55,731 nucleotides of DNA, from the NCBI RefSeq assembly GCF_004010195.1, contig NC_057754.1, forward strand, positions 1,095,050 to 1,150,780, in the 5' to 3' direction. Below the pieces are notes generated by a model that saw only the letters and a program-made list of their open reading frames with translations, had not been told where the DNA came from and ran no database searches. This DNA is from Chiloscyllium plagiosum (Eukaryota). Below, in pieces: positions 12,180-24,541 of this stretch (position 1 is its first letter; each line of letters begins with the position of its first letter). A program made the translations under genes and the position numbers.

Positions 12180-13110
12180 CTTAGCTGCTAGACTGGGTCT
12201 GCAGCTGATGGTAATGGACTCCCTCACCAATCTGCCAGCTGCAGATGTCTCTGTCCATGAGAGGATCGGTAAGGGTAAGCACCACACAATCCCTGTGGAG
12301 ACAAATTTCCACCATCACATTGAGAATACCCTCCATCGTGTTGTGTCGTTCTAACACTCTGCTAAATGGGGCACCATTAGCTGACACTGAAGTATTCAAA
12401 TGCAGCAAGATCTGGACAATATCCAGGGTTGGGCTGGCATGTGGCAAATAACATTGGTGCCACACAAAAGCCAGGCTATGAGCATCTCCAGTAAGAGACA
12501 ATCTAACCACGATCAACATCCTGAGGGATATTGTTGACCAGAAACTCAGTTGGACTCCACATAAATACATGGCTGCAAGGGCAGGTCAGAGGCTGGGAAT
12601 CCTGCAGTGAGTAACTCCCCAAAGCTTGTCCATCATATACAAAGCATGAGCATGATGGAGTACAGACTCCAACAACACTCAAGAAACTTGACACAGTCTA
12701 GGACAATGTAGCCCACTTGATTGCCCTCTCATCTACATTCATCTACCTCCCCCCCCCTTCTACAAGATACACTGCAGAAACTCACCAAAGACCCTCCGGC
12801 AGCACCTTCCAAACCCACGGCTACTTCCATCCAGAAGGACGAGGGGCAGCAGGTACATGGGAACACCATCCCCTGCAAGTTCCCCTCTGAGCCCCTCGCC
12901 ATCCCGACTTGGAAATATCTCACCGTTCCCTCAGTGTGGCTGGGTCAGGATCCTGGAATTCCCTCCCTAATGGCATTGTGGATCACCCCATGGTAGGGAC
13001 TGCAGCATTCGAAAAGGCAGCTCACCACTAACTTTTCGAGGGCAACTAGGAATGGGCAATAAATGCTGGGCTGGACAATGACACCCACATTCCACAATGG
13101 ATTTTAAAAA
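12180..13110 (+). mobile_element. Degenerate non-LTR retrotransposon (CR1/L2 group) 3' fragment
   Basis: RT-like remnant cagcaagatctggacaatatccagggttgggct (QQDLDNIQGWA) with many frameshifts. A related piece lies at ~22500-22730. Confidence 0.65.
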
Positions 13111-13187
13111 CTGCAGCTGGGACACTTGACCCAGTGTTCAAAGCTATAGAAAAATGTGACGTCTGCAGGTGCTGGAAATCAGAGTTG

Positions 13188-13348
13188 AGAGCGTGTTGCT
13201 GGGAGAGCACAGCAGGTCAGGCAGCATCCGAGCAGCAGGAGAATCAACGTTTCAGGCATAATCCTGATGAAGCGATTATGCCCAAAATGTCGATTCTCCT
13301 GCTCCTCAGATGCTGCCTGACCTGCTGTGCCTTCCCAGCACCACACTC
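13188..13348. mobile_element. Palindromic dimer of the hammerhead-bearing short element
   Basis: The left arm (~13188-13262) is the approximate reverse complement of the right arm (~13276-13348). A degenerate core CTGATGAAGCGATTATGCCCAAAATGTC sits at the centre. Confidence 0.7.
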
Positions 13349-13568
13349 ACTGCTCCAAAGCTGTAGACCCAAGATTCACCCAGAGACCAGAGAACATATT
13401 CTTGGCTCAGTGTCCAAGTAACGCCGCACTGTGGGAGAGTGGCCAGGCATTTTCCACATAAATTGCGTCCCGTTTGGTGCTCAGATGATGACTGTTTGTC
13501 AGGGTGGACTGAGCTCTGTCTGGTTTGAGTGTACAGTGTTGATTCACACATGTTTATCTCTGCTTCAG

Positions 13569-13665
13569 GACCGTCCTCTGTTGGCCTGGACTTCTCTCTT
13601 CCTGGTTTTGAACATGTTTATGGGATTCCTGAGCATGCTGACAGCCTGAAACTCAAGACCACGGA
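13569..13665 (+). CDS. GANAB: GANAB exon 9
   Basis: gcttcag|GA...GGA|gtaagt, 97 nt. Translates [31 protein letters not shown](D). Confidence 0.96.
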
Positions 13666-14176
13666 GTAAGTGCCAGCCACTGAGGCTGACAGAGATTCTT
13701 TTAAAGACTTTGTCTGTGCAGACTCTGGGAAACCAGCAGTGAGGCTTTTGCCTGTTGTCTGAACATTGAGTAGAGGGTAGGTTGGGTCAGGGAGTTGTTG
13801 AGGGATTCTCCTTACTTTACTGATTGTTCTCCCCAGTGATGAGGTCATTTCTATCGCTATGCATTGAAGCTTGCTGTGTTTAAATTGGCTGCCTTTTTCC
13901 TTCATAATCACAGGACCCACCGTTAAGATCCACTTCACAAAATGGCTGATTCTCACTACTCCCAGAAGGACTACAATAGTTCATTATTTAATTCAAAATG
14001 CAAAGTCCCTGACAGTCCCGACTGAGAATCTGGTTAACAGAGGACGCCAACAAGGGTCCGGTACTCAACAAATAAGTAAATTCTAATCACAAAGGAGCAG
14101 CTATGAACTATCACCACGTTCTGATGGCTGAAACCATGTTTTAAACCCCAGGCCATATATAGACAAGCACAACATG

Positions 14177-14711
14177 TTCAATTCTAGTTTCTCTCCTATC
14201 GGAAGGATGTTGGGAAACTTGAAAGGGTTCAGAAAAGACTCTCCAGGATGTTGCCAGGGTTGGAGGATCTGAGCTACAGGGAGAGGCTGAAAAGGCTGGG
14301 GCTGTTTTCCCTGGAGCATCGGAGGCTGAGGGGTGCCCTTATAGAGGCTTATAAAATCATGAGGGGCATGGATAGGGTAAATAGACAAAATCTTTTCCCT
14401 GAAGTCGGGGAGTACAGAACTAGAGGGCATAGGTTTAGGGTGAGAGGGGAAAGATATAAAAAGGGACCTAAGGGGCAACTGTTTCACACAGAGGGTGGTA
14501 CGTGTGTAGAATGAGCTGTCAGAGGAAGTGGTGGAGACTGGTACAATTACAGCATTTAAAAGGCATCTGGATGGTAAATGGATAGGAAGGGTTTAGAGGG
14601 ATATGGGCCGGGTGCTGGCAAATGGGACTAGATTAATTTAGGATATCTGGTTGGCATGGATGAGTCTGACTGAAGGGTCTGTTTCCGTGCTGTACATCTC
14701 TCTGACTCCAT
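14177..14711 (+). mobile_element. CR1-type LINE 3' fragment
   Basis: LSYRERLKRLGLFSLEHRRLRGALIEAYKIM...TRGH matches the CR1 ORF2 C-terminus. A 3' tail follows. Confidence 0.9.
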
Positions 14712-15499
14712 AATGTTTCTTTACCCTCTGCCCAAAAAAACCCCAAGGTAACACAGTTCCACAGCCTCATTGCACAGGCTCTGTTGAGAAGTTCCTTTTG
14801 CTCATCCACACTTTTGTTTTTCAACTGCCTTTCTCTAGGTTCTTCAGGAGGCACCGGGAGGTTGGTACACTAACTACAAAGTCTCTTTGTTATTCTTGAA
14901 GGCAACTGCTTACAGCAACTGATAGAAGGAGAAATAACTGGCTTTCTTCTGGATACCACACAGAGAGGGAGAAAGCCAGCTCGCCCTTCCAGCAGTCTGA
15001 AGGACTCTGTTAATTGTTAGCACCCACAATCTGCCCAGTAACCAATCAGAGAGCTGTCATTGGGCTGAGGACCTTTTACATCCAGACTGGTCACAGTTGT
15101 ACAAACCAACCCCAGTGACTTGTTGCCTGCCAAACCTCCCTTCCTGGTGCAGTGATGTCTACAAACACCACCCCTCCCAAACACACTCAGCATCTCAATT
15201 CCTTGTTTTGAAAAGGACAGCAATTCATTCCACACTCCTTGGTTCTTAAACAGTCTTCTTTTTTCACCCCCACCTTTGCCCAAAATCCAAAATACAGGAA
15301 ATAAAATGACATGGTCTTTACACCATGCTTCAAAACAAAGTCCTGCATTAGCTGTGAAATCCTGGGCTGGCTTTTAAAGGGACACTACCTATCTCTCCCT
15401 GACTGATCCGTGCTGAGATTAGGAAGATCCCCACAGGTCAGTCAACAGTTGGCGTTTTGAAGTGTGTGCATATTTACTATTTCTTTCCCTTCTGTTCAG

Positions 15500-15680
15500 T
15501 GGTGGAGACCCGTACCGTCTGTATAACCTGGATGTGTTCCAGTACGAGATATTTAACCCCATGGCTCTGTATGGTGCTGTACCTCTTCTGCTAGCGCACA
15601 ATCTCCGCAGGACTCTGGGCATCTTCTGGCTGAATGCTGCTGAGACTTGGGTAGACATCAGCTCCAACACAGCAGGCAAG
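15500..15680 (+). CDS. GANAB: GANAB exon 10
   Basis: tgttcag|T...AAG|gtgggt. Translates [60 protein letters not shown]. Confidence 0.97.
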
Positions 15681-16144
15681 GTGGGTACCATAGGCCCTCG
15701 CTTTCCAGAACTTCGGGTATTAATTGGGAGCCTTCCCTGTCTCTCCCAGCCCCCAACTCGCCATCCATCGAGGAGCTGCCTCAAACAGTCTGTGGGCCCT
15801 CCGTGTGGGTCGGAGGGAGTAGGATGGCAGAAGGACGCTGGGAAGTAGTTACGTGGTGATGCTGGAGGGGGTTCAGACTTTGGGAAAAGGAGGTTGTCTA
15901 CTCTGACCGTTCTTCCTGGGGATTGTAAAGAGTTGTTGGATTCTGTGTGTCTGTGTAGAGATGAAGGTGATTGAGGATCACTGAGGGGTTCTGTAACAGG
16001 AGAAAGGCCCCCCCCCCCCCCCCACCAGGTTCAAATGGATGCTCAGCATAAGACCATTTTGGAGCAAGACTAGAATAGGCAGAGGCCATTCAGCCCCTCC
16101 AGCCTGGTCTAGCACTCAGGTCATGCCTCCATTTTTTTTTAAGG

Positions 16145-16495
16145 TAGGCAATGGCCTAGTGCTATTATTGCGAGACTATTAATCCAGGGATCCAAGTAAT
16201 GTTCGGGAGACCCAGGTTCAAATCCCACCACAGCAAATGGAGGCATTTGAATTCAATAAAACAGTCTGGAGTTGTGGGTCTAATGGATGTTGCGACAGCA
16301 TAGTCTATTGTCAGGAAAGCCCATCTGGCTCATTAATGTCCTTTCGGGAAAGAGATCTGTCATCTTTATCTGGTCTGGCCTGTATGTGACTCCAGACCCA
16401 CAGCAATGTGGTTGACACTGAACTGCCCTCTGGGCAATTAGGGATGGGCCATAAATGCTGGTCCAGCCAGTGACACCCACATGATGTTAAGGCAA
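16145..16495 (+). mobile_element. tRNA-derived SINE with LINE-derived 3' tail
   Basis: A-box-like tggcctagtg and B box ggttcaaatccc. The tail gggcaattagggatgggccataaatgctgg matches the LINE tail at ~13040-13095. Confidence 0.7.
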
Positions 16496-16607
16496 TAAAC
16501 CCCCCCCGCCCCCCTCATATCTGAGAGATCCTAGACTATTGCCTGGTGAATAAAGACTGCCTGTGGTTCAGTCGTTCTGGTTCTCACTGACCTCAATCCC
16601 TCCACAG

Positions 16608-16761
16608 ACTCTGTTTGGGAAGATGCTGGATTATGTTCAGGGGGCGAATGAAATTCCACAGACTGACGTGCGCTGGATTTCTGAGAGTGGGATCATCGAT
16701 GTTTTCCTGCTCCTGGGCCCTTCTCCGTTTGATGTCTTCAGACAGTACACCTCACTGACAG
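16608..16761 (+). CDS. GANAB: GANAB exon 11
   Basis: ccacag|ACT...ACAG|gtaagt. Translates [51 protein letters not shown](G). Confidence 0.97.
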
Positions 16762-17134
16762 GTAAGTCAGCCACAGTGGGTGAGGGTTTGACTGGGTTAC
16801 TGCTGGTATCCTGGGGTGAATGCTCAGACAGGATCTCTGGAACGTTGCCAGTGCCTTACTGATATGTCTGTGACTGTCATAGGAACAGGAAGGGGCACTG
16901 TCTGTGTCCCTCGAGCATGTTCTTGTGTGTGAACATGGGCCTCCTGACAACACCTCTGAATGATCTGGCCTCCCACAGCAGAATGTAACTCCTTCCTCTT
17001 TGGGAGCTTCTAATAGAACATTTCCTGTGTCCGCGTCCTCTTTGTACCTTTATTTACGTCTTGAATTCCCATCACCACAGCCCTGATTCCTGTGCTCATT
17101 TTAACGCTCCCTATTAGCTCATTAGCAAGTGATA

Positions 17135-17365
17135 GAAAGAGGACAGATGTGAGAGGTAGTTTGTTTACTCAGGGAGTAGTAGGGGGCGTGGAAAGCAGTG
17201 CCTGCAGCAGTCATAGACTCGCCAACCTTCAGGGCATTTAAATGGTCATTGGATAGGCGTATGGATGAGAATGGAACAGTGTAGGACAGATGGGCTTCAG
17301 ATTGGTTTCACAGGTCAGCATGACATCGAGGACCAAAGGACCTGTATTGCGCTGTAATGTTCTAA
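17135..17365 (+). mobile_element. Short CR1-type 3' end fragment
   Basis: Contains tttgtttactcagggagtagt...gcatttaaatggtcattggatagg...ggacctgtattgcgctgtaatgttcta. Confidence 0.6.
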
Positions 17366-18165
17366 GACCTTTCAATCTCAACCTTTAAATATCATCTTAA
17401 CCGTCCCTGCTCCAATGGGAACGATCCTAGTGTCTCCAGTCTCTCTGCACATGCTGTGAAGTCCCTCTTGCTTGGTCCTGTCCCAGTAAATCTCCCTGCA
17501 CACCCTGTCCAAGGCCTCGATGGCCTTCCTGAAGTATTGGCATACAGGACTCCACCTGGTTCATTGCTTTTGCAAACAATGCCTCTGTTTATAAAGCCTG
17601 GGAACTAGGATGTGTTTTCTTCTAAACAGCCTTTTCAACCTGTCTTACTGGTTCCAGAGGTTAGTGTATGTACAGCGCCCTGTAACCCCTCCCAGGTCCC
17701 TCTGTTCCTGCATCATTTTGATCACTACATATCAGCTAATGCAACTGGAAGCTCAGTTCAACTGGAATGTGGGTGGTTTGATTGCGCGAGCTAGTACATG
17801 GCTGAGGGGCCGAACAGCTTTTTCCTATGCTGCATGATTGGAGAGCTGATTGAGCTGGATGATATACACAAGCCTGACTGCTGATTTAACTAAAAGACCT
17901 TGTTTGTGGGATGTGGGAAGGTGGAGAAGGTGGGGATCAGCAGCTGCCTTGACTAGGGATAGGGTACGGTGCTGTTGGGGAGGGAATTCCAGGATTTTTC
18001 AGCAAGTGATATATTTCCAAGTCAGGATGGTGAATGGCTTGGAGGGGAACTTGGAGGGAGTTGGTATTGCTATGTATCTGCTGCCTTTGTCCCTCTCGGC
18101 TGTAGAGGCTGCAGGTTTGGAAGGTGCTGTCAATTCTAGTGACTGTCTCTCTTGGCCTGCCCCAG

Positions 18166-18401
18166 GAACACAGGCTCTGCCCCCTCTCTTCGCCATCAGC
18201 TACCACCAGTGCCGCTGGAATTACAACGACGATGAAGATGTCCATACTGTAGATGCTGGTTTTGATGAGCATGACATTCCCTATGATGTTATCTGGCTGG
18301 ACATCGAGCACACTGATGGGAAGCGGTACTTCACCTGGGATCCCAACAAATTCCCCAATCCCAAGGAGATGCTGCAAAACCTGGCCGCCAAGAAACGGAA
18401 G
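18166..18401 (+). CDS. GANAB: GANAB exon 12 (start of GH31 barrel)
   Basis: gccccag|GA...AAG|gtaagg. Translates [19 protein letters not shown]...[19 protein letters not shown]...AAKKRK. Confidence 0.97.
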
Positions 18402-18504
18402 GTAAGGGAGCGGGAATGAGGAACGCTGGGGGATAATGGGTTAGCGGTTGTTCTTTGGAAAGCTGTACTGTCTGTGGATCACTAACTCCATGTCACCCCT
18501 CCAG

Positions 18505-18631
18505 ATGGTCAGTATAGTGGACCCCCACATTAAGATTGACAGCAGCTACAAGATTCACACCACCATCCAATCTCGCAACTTCTACGTTAAGACGAAGGAT
18601 GGAAATGATTACGAAGGCTGGTGTTGGCCAG
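18505..18631 (+). CDS. GANAB: GANAB exon 13
   Basis: Follows a 103-nt intron with an ACTAAC branch point. ccag|ATG...CCAG|gtaatt. Translates [42 protein letters not shown](G). Confidence 0.97.
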
Positions 18632-18739
18632 GTAATTGTTCACAATAACTGCTCGGTAACTGTTCGTCCATCCTGCTCAGCCCAGACCTTTCTCGAGCTT
18701 CCTCCTGTCTGTGTAACAATCAGGACCTCAACAGTAATT

Positions 18740-19034
18740 GTGACTTGCATTTGCATAGCGCCTTGTCAGTAGTAAAACGGCTCCGGGCTTCGTAAGTGCG
18801 GAAATGACACTGCATTTGATGTTGTGATCATTTGAGGACAAAACGCACAACCGAGGAATGAGTTTTAATGGAGGATCTGAAAAGAAGGTAATAAATCGTG
18901 GAAACAGTTCCAGGTTTTTGTAGCTGGGCGTCTGTAAGGCCAGCCAGGAGCAGGGAGGGGCTCAGATCTCAAGGGCGTACGGCTGAGAGGGAGAGAATAT
19001 AGGGGCTGGAGGGGGTGTACAGAGACGGGTGGGG
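18740..19034 (-). mobile_element. Degenerate L2-like 3' fragment adjoining the 24-bp array
   Basis: acttgcatttgcatagcgcc is a typical reverse-complement L2 tail. Similar to 6880-7150 and 41340-41500. Confidence 0.4.
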
Positions 19035-20638
19035 CCCCCGGCCGCCTCGGAGATCTCACCCCCGGCCGCCTCGGAGATCTCACCCCCGGCCGCCTCGGAG
19101 ATCTCACCCCCGGCCGCCTCGGAGATCTCACCCCCGGCCGCCTCGGAGATCTCACCCCCGGCCGCCTCGGAGATCTCACCCCCGGCCGCCTCGGAGATCT
19201 CACCCCCGGCCGCCTCGGAGATCTCACCCCCGGCCGCCTCGGAGATCTCACCCCCGGCCGCCTCGGAGATCTCACCCCCGGCCGCCTCGGAGATCTCACC
19301 CCCGGCCGCCTCGGAGATCTCACCCCCGGCCGCCTCGGAGATCTCACCCCCGGCCGCCTCGGAGATCTCACCCCCGGCCGCCTCGGAGATCTCACCCCCG
19401 GCCGCCTCGGAGATCTCACCCCCGGCCGCCTCGGAGATCTCACCCCCGGCCGCCTCGGAGATCTCACCCCCGGCCGCCTCGGAGATCTCACCCCCGGCCG
19501 CCTCGGAGATCTCACCCCCGGCCGCCTCGGAGATCTCACCCCCGGCCGCCTCGGAGATCTCACCCCCGGCCGCCTCGGAGATCTCACCCCCGGCCGCCTC
19601 GGAGATCTCACCCCCGGCCGCCTCGGAGATCTCACCCCCGGCCGCCTCGGAGATCTCACCCCCGGCCGCCTCGGAGATCTCACCCCCGGCCGCCTCGGAG
19701 ATCTCACCCCCGGCCGCCTCGGAGATCTCACCCCCGGCCGCCTCGGAGATCTCACCCCCGGCCGCCTCGGAGATCTCACCCCCGGCCGCCTCGGAGATCT
19801 CACCCCCGGCCGCCTCGGAGATCTCACCCCCGGCCGCCTCGGAGATCTCACCCCCGGCCGCCTCGGAGATCTCACCCCCGGCCGCCTCGGAGATCTCACC
19901 CCCGGCCGCCTCGGAGATCTCACCCCCGGCCGCCTCGGAGATCTCACCCCCGGCCGCCTCGGAGATCTCACCCCCGGCCGCCTCGGAGATCTCACCCCCG
20001 GCCGCCTCGGAGATCTCACCCCCGGCCGCCTCGGAGATCTCACCCCCGGCCGCCTCGGAGATCTCACCCCCGGCCGCCTCGGAGATCTCACCCCCGGCCG
20101 CCTCGGAGATCTCACCCCCGGCCGCCTCGGAGATCTCACCCCCGGCCGCCTCGGAGATCTCACCCCCGGCCGCCTCGGAGATCTCACCCCCGGCCGCCTC
20201 GGAGATCTCACCCCCGGCCGCCTCGGAGATCTCACCCCCGGCCGCCTCGGAGATCTCACCCCCGGCCGCCTCGGAGATCTCACCCCCGGCCGCCTCGGAG
20301 ATCTCACCCCCGGCCGCCTCGGAGATCTCACCCCCGGCCGCCTCGGAGATCTCACCCCCGGCCGCCTCGGAGATCTCACCCCCGGCCGCCTCGGAGATCT
20401 CACCCCCGGCCGCCTCGGAGATCTCACCCCCGGCCGCCTCGGAGATCTCACCCCCGGCCGCCTCGGAGATCTCACCCCCGGCCGCCTCGGAGATCTCACC
20501 CCCGGCCGCCTCGGAGATCTCACCCCCGGCCGCCTCGGAGATCTCACCCCCGGCCGCCTCGGAGATCTCACCCCCGGCCGCCTCGGAGATCTCACCCCCG
20601 GCCGCCTCGGAGATCTCACCCCCGGCCGCCTCGGAGAT
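19035..20638. repeat. Perfect 24-bp CpG-rich minisatellite, ~67 copies, GANAB intron 13
   Basis: Unit CCCCCGGCCGCCTCGGAGATCTCA. The ORF track shows 8-aa periodicity. Confidence 0.98.
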
Positions 20639-20941
20639 AACACTGAGATAGCCGAGGGACCTGAGCTGAGCCCTGTTGCTGTATGTGATCTGACCCGCTA
20701 CAGTTGCTCACTGCTTCCCCGCTGTGGTCTTGTATGCGGTGATCCCTGCATTCTTTGTTCACACCTACACACACACATCGCCTCTCAGTGAGTGGCTCAC
20801 AGGTCTCATTGGCACTTGTTAAGCTGTGGGTGATTGTTCTGACTCTGTGTGAGCTGTTAGTTGATGCTGTGGGTACGGTGAGCTGCTGGGTGTCTGAGGT
20901 ACAGACCTGCTGTGTAATCCTTGTTTGTCTGTCTGTCCTAG

Positions 20942-21021
20942 GTTCAGCTGGTTATCCTGACTTCACCAATCCGGAGATGCGATCTTGGTGGGCCAGCATG
21001 TTTGCTTACGATCAGTATGAG
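20942..21021 (+). CDS. GANAB: GANAB exon 14
   Basis: gtcctag|GT...GAG|gtcagt. Translates [26 protein letters not shown]. Confidence 0.96.
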
Positions 21022-22276
21022 GTCAGTCAGAACATTCCCTATCATTACCTTTTACAGCCTGGGGTGCTGCTACTCTGCCTTCTCACTCCAACTTCAGTCT
21101 AGGGGAGGGGGTTGGGTTTAGTTTTCAAAATCTGCACCTCTGTAACCAGCTGACAAAATCCCCCATCCGGATATGAAATGTACAAAGGGACAGAGTATAC
21201 AAAAATGTTCTCTTGGGCTCAGCCTTGTACCAAAAATAGCTTTATTCTACATCCAGTTTGGTATTGCCCAAATTCACAGTCCCCTTACAATAAAATCTGA
21301 GGCTGGCAAAGGGTTCTCACTGATAGCTGTGACACAGTGAGAGCCTGGAGAGAAAGTGGGAGTCAGTCAGAGCTCCTCAACGCCCCAATGCTGCCTCAGA
21401 GCTTGCAGAAGCCCATTGGAGACCCTGACCCACCCCTTTGGAAAGCTCTGTTCTCTTGTTTTATAGGTAACCCCCTGACTTGCCTCTTAGTGCTGACTGC
21501 TGTAAAGGGTAAGGGGGCTGTTATCTATCCCAGCTCAGATGTTTCCTTTCCTTTTAGAGAAAGGAATTACAGTTTGTACCTCCCATCCCAGAGTTGCTTC
21601 ATAGCCAATGCAGGGCTGTTTTTGGGCGCCCTGCAGCCTTTGTTGGTTTTTGTCCGCACAGCAAGATCCCAGTAAGGGTCATGTGGTTGAGATCCAGGTA
21701 GCTGTATTTTTTTTTATATTTAGACATGTTGGTTGAGGGACAGATTCTGGCTTTGGGAAACCAGGGAGAATTCCTCAAATCCCACTGCTGTTCAAGGACA
21801 GCTGGATGGCAATATCTGTCCAGCCTCAGGAACAGTGAGCTGGAATGTGGGTCTGTGAAACTGCACAGGCAGTCCACGGAGCTCAACCCTAGCACCACTG
21901 CGGAAACAGCAATCCTGAGGGTACTCGCTGCACCACTCCAAAACAGAATGGTGTTCGAGTCAAACTTTGGGACTGCTGGTGAATAGGTATCCAGCCAAAC
22001 AAAAGTGAATTATCCTCCAATGCTGGATCCATACTGGGGGAAGCTGGATTAAAAACCACCAGAGGGTAGCCATCTCAGATGAAAATGAGGATTCCTTTCT
22101 TCAAAGGGTGATGAAACTGTGAGACTCTTTCCCAGAGAAATGAGAGTGTGCCTGTGTCTCTGTGTGCACTTGATTCGAGTGGAAGAAAGTATTTGCATGC
22201 CTACGGCGAATGGACTTCCCTTTTGAGAATGTCTAACTCTGTGTTTTCTGTACCCATCCCTACCCTGTGTGATAAG

Positions 22277-22420
22277 GGCTCCATGGATAATCTGTACACG
22301 TGGAATGATATGAATGAGCCCTCTGTGTTCAATGGGCCAGAGGTGACCATGCACAAGGACGCTGTTCACATGGGTGGCTTTGAACACCGAGATGTTCACA
22401 ATCTTTATGCTTTGTATGTG
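22277..22420 (+). CDS. GANAB: GANAB exon 15 with GH31 catalytic nucleophile motif WNDMNE
   Basis: gataag|GGC...GTG|gtgagt. Translates [48 protein letters not shown]. Confidence 0.97.
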
Positions 22421-23287
22421 GTGAGTAATGGAGTGGGAGCCAACTCTGCTACAGTGCAGGTGACCCTTTAGTATTTCACCTTGTACACATATCTGGAATA
22501 TTCAACCTATTCAGAACCTGAACTGGGCTCGCCACATAAACATGGTGGCCATGAGGTCAGGTCAGAGGCTGGGAATCCTGCAGTGAGTAACTCCCCCCAG
22601 AGCATGTCCCACCATCTACAAGTCAGGAGGGTGAGGGAATACTCCCCACTTGCCCCTGGATGGGGGCAACTCCAACAACACTCAAGAAGTTCGACATAAT
22701 CCAGGAGAAAGCAGCCCCCGCTGGATTGGCCCCACCCCCACCATTTTCAACACAGTGACCGTAGAACCCACCACCACAGTGCCCTTATGTTGACTGCACC
22801 TTGGGAGGGAGAGAGCGAGATACCAACACACTGTCTCTAAACTGACAGTGGGGCTAATAGGATTACTTGGCATGGACAGGTTCCACAGACTGAACTAGAA
22901 TTCCCAAGAATTGAAGAGATTAAAGGTGAGTGTTAGCAAGGTGTTTAAAGGATTTGATAGGATCGATCCTAACAGTTTGTTCCCTGGAGTACAGGTAGAC
23001 CAGAACATGGGGCAGAATCTTGTCATTTGACCAGAGTGCTCAGGGGTCCTGTCAGGAAGCACTTCCTCAAACAAAAGGCCCACCTCAGGGCCTTCACGGT
23101 CTATTGGAAATGTTCAGATTTAAGTGGAAATGTTTCTGATGAACCAAGGCTAGTAAGGTTATGGAACAAAGGTGAGTAAGGTGGAGTTAAAGTACAGATC
23201 AGGCGAGTGCTGTATGAATGATGGGATAGGCCTGAGGGGCCGAATAACCACCATCTGTTGTTTCGGTTTAATATTAGTGATCTTTGG

Positions 23288-24510
23288 TCATACTGTACAG
23301 AAACTGACCCTTCGGCTCAACTCCATGCCGACCAGATATCCTAACCTAATCTAGTCCCATTTGTCAGCACTTGGCCCATATCCCTCGCAACACTTCCTAT
23401 TTATATACCCATCCAGATGCCTTTTTAATGTTGCAATTGTACCAGCTTCCACCATTTCCTCTGGCAGCTCGTTCCATACATGTACCACCCTCTGCATGAA
23501 AAAGTTACCCATCCCACCTTAAACCTATGCCCTCTAGTTCAGGACTCCCCCCACCCTAGAAGGAAGGTCTTGCCTATTTACTCTATCCATGCCCCTCATG
23601 ATTTTATAAACCTCTATAAGGTCACCCCTCAGCCTCCGACACTCCAGGGAAAACAGCCTCAGTCTATTCAGTCTCGCGCTCGCTCCGTCTCGCGCTCGCT
23701 CCGTCTCGCGCTCGCTCCGTCTCGCGCTCGCTCCGTCTCGCGCTCGCTCCCTCAAGTCCTCCAACTCTGGCAACATCCTTGTAAATCTTTTCTACGTCCT
23801 TTCCAGTTTAACAACAACTTTCCTATAGCAGGGAGACCAGAACTGAACACACTATTCCAACAGTGGTCTAACCAATAGCCTGTACAACTGCAATATGACC
23901 TCCCAACTCCTGTACTCAGTGTTCTGACCAGTGAAGACAAGTGTGCCAAATCACTATCCTGTTTACCTGTGACTCCACTTTCAAGGAGCTATGCATCTGC
24001 ACTCCAAGGTGTCTTTGTTCAGCAACACTCCCCAGGACCTGTGTGTAAGTGTATAACTCCTGCTCTGATTTGTCTTTCCAAAATGCAGCACCTCACATTT
24101 ATCTGAATTAAACTCCATCTGCCACTCCTTGCCCCATTGACCCATCTGATCAAGATCCCCATTGTAATCTGAGGTAACCTTCTTGACTGTCCACTACACC
24201 TCCAAATTCTCATCCAACTTGTTTACTTGAATGACAAAAAGCAGGAGACCCAGCACCAATCCTTGCAGCACATCAATGGTCACCAGCCTCCACTCCACAA
24301 ACCATCCCTGCACCACCACCCTCTGTGTCTCCTACCTTCAAGCCAAATTTCTATCCAGATGGCTAGCTCTTGCTGGATCCCATGTGATCTAACCTTACTA
24401 ACCAGTCGATCAGGTGGAACCCTGTCAAACGCTTTACTGAAGTCCATCAAGACAGCATCTACTGCTCTGCCTTCACCAATCTTCTTTGTCACCTCTTCAA
24501 TAAAAAACTC
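23288..24510 (-). mobile_element. CR1-type LINE fragment (~1.2 kb, RT to 3' end)
   Basis: Minus-strand remnants [17 protein letters not shown] and LFSLECRRLRGDLIEVYKIMRG, with frameshifts. Confidence 0.9.
23671..23750. repeat. 16-bp tandem repeat x5 inside a CR1 fragment
   Basis: (GTCTCGCGCTCGCTCC)5. Confidence 0.92.
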
Positions 24511-24541
24511 CAATGTTCTTCTCCCTCTGCTTACTTTACAG

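Noticed and set aside
13484..13515. C/D box snoRNA (ATGATGA...CTGA)
   Set aside because: The boxes are only ~17 nt apart with no convincing terminal stem or guide.
18865..20651. 540-592 aa ORFs (PPAASEIS, RSPRRPGV repeats)
   Set aside because: These are stop-free translations of a 24-bp intronic minisatellite, open in several frames on both strands.
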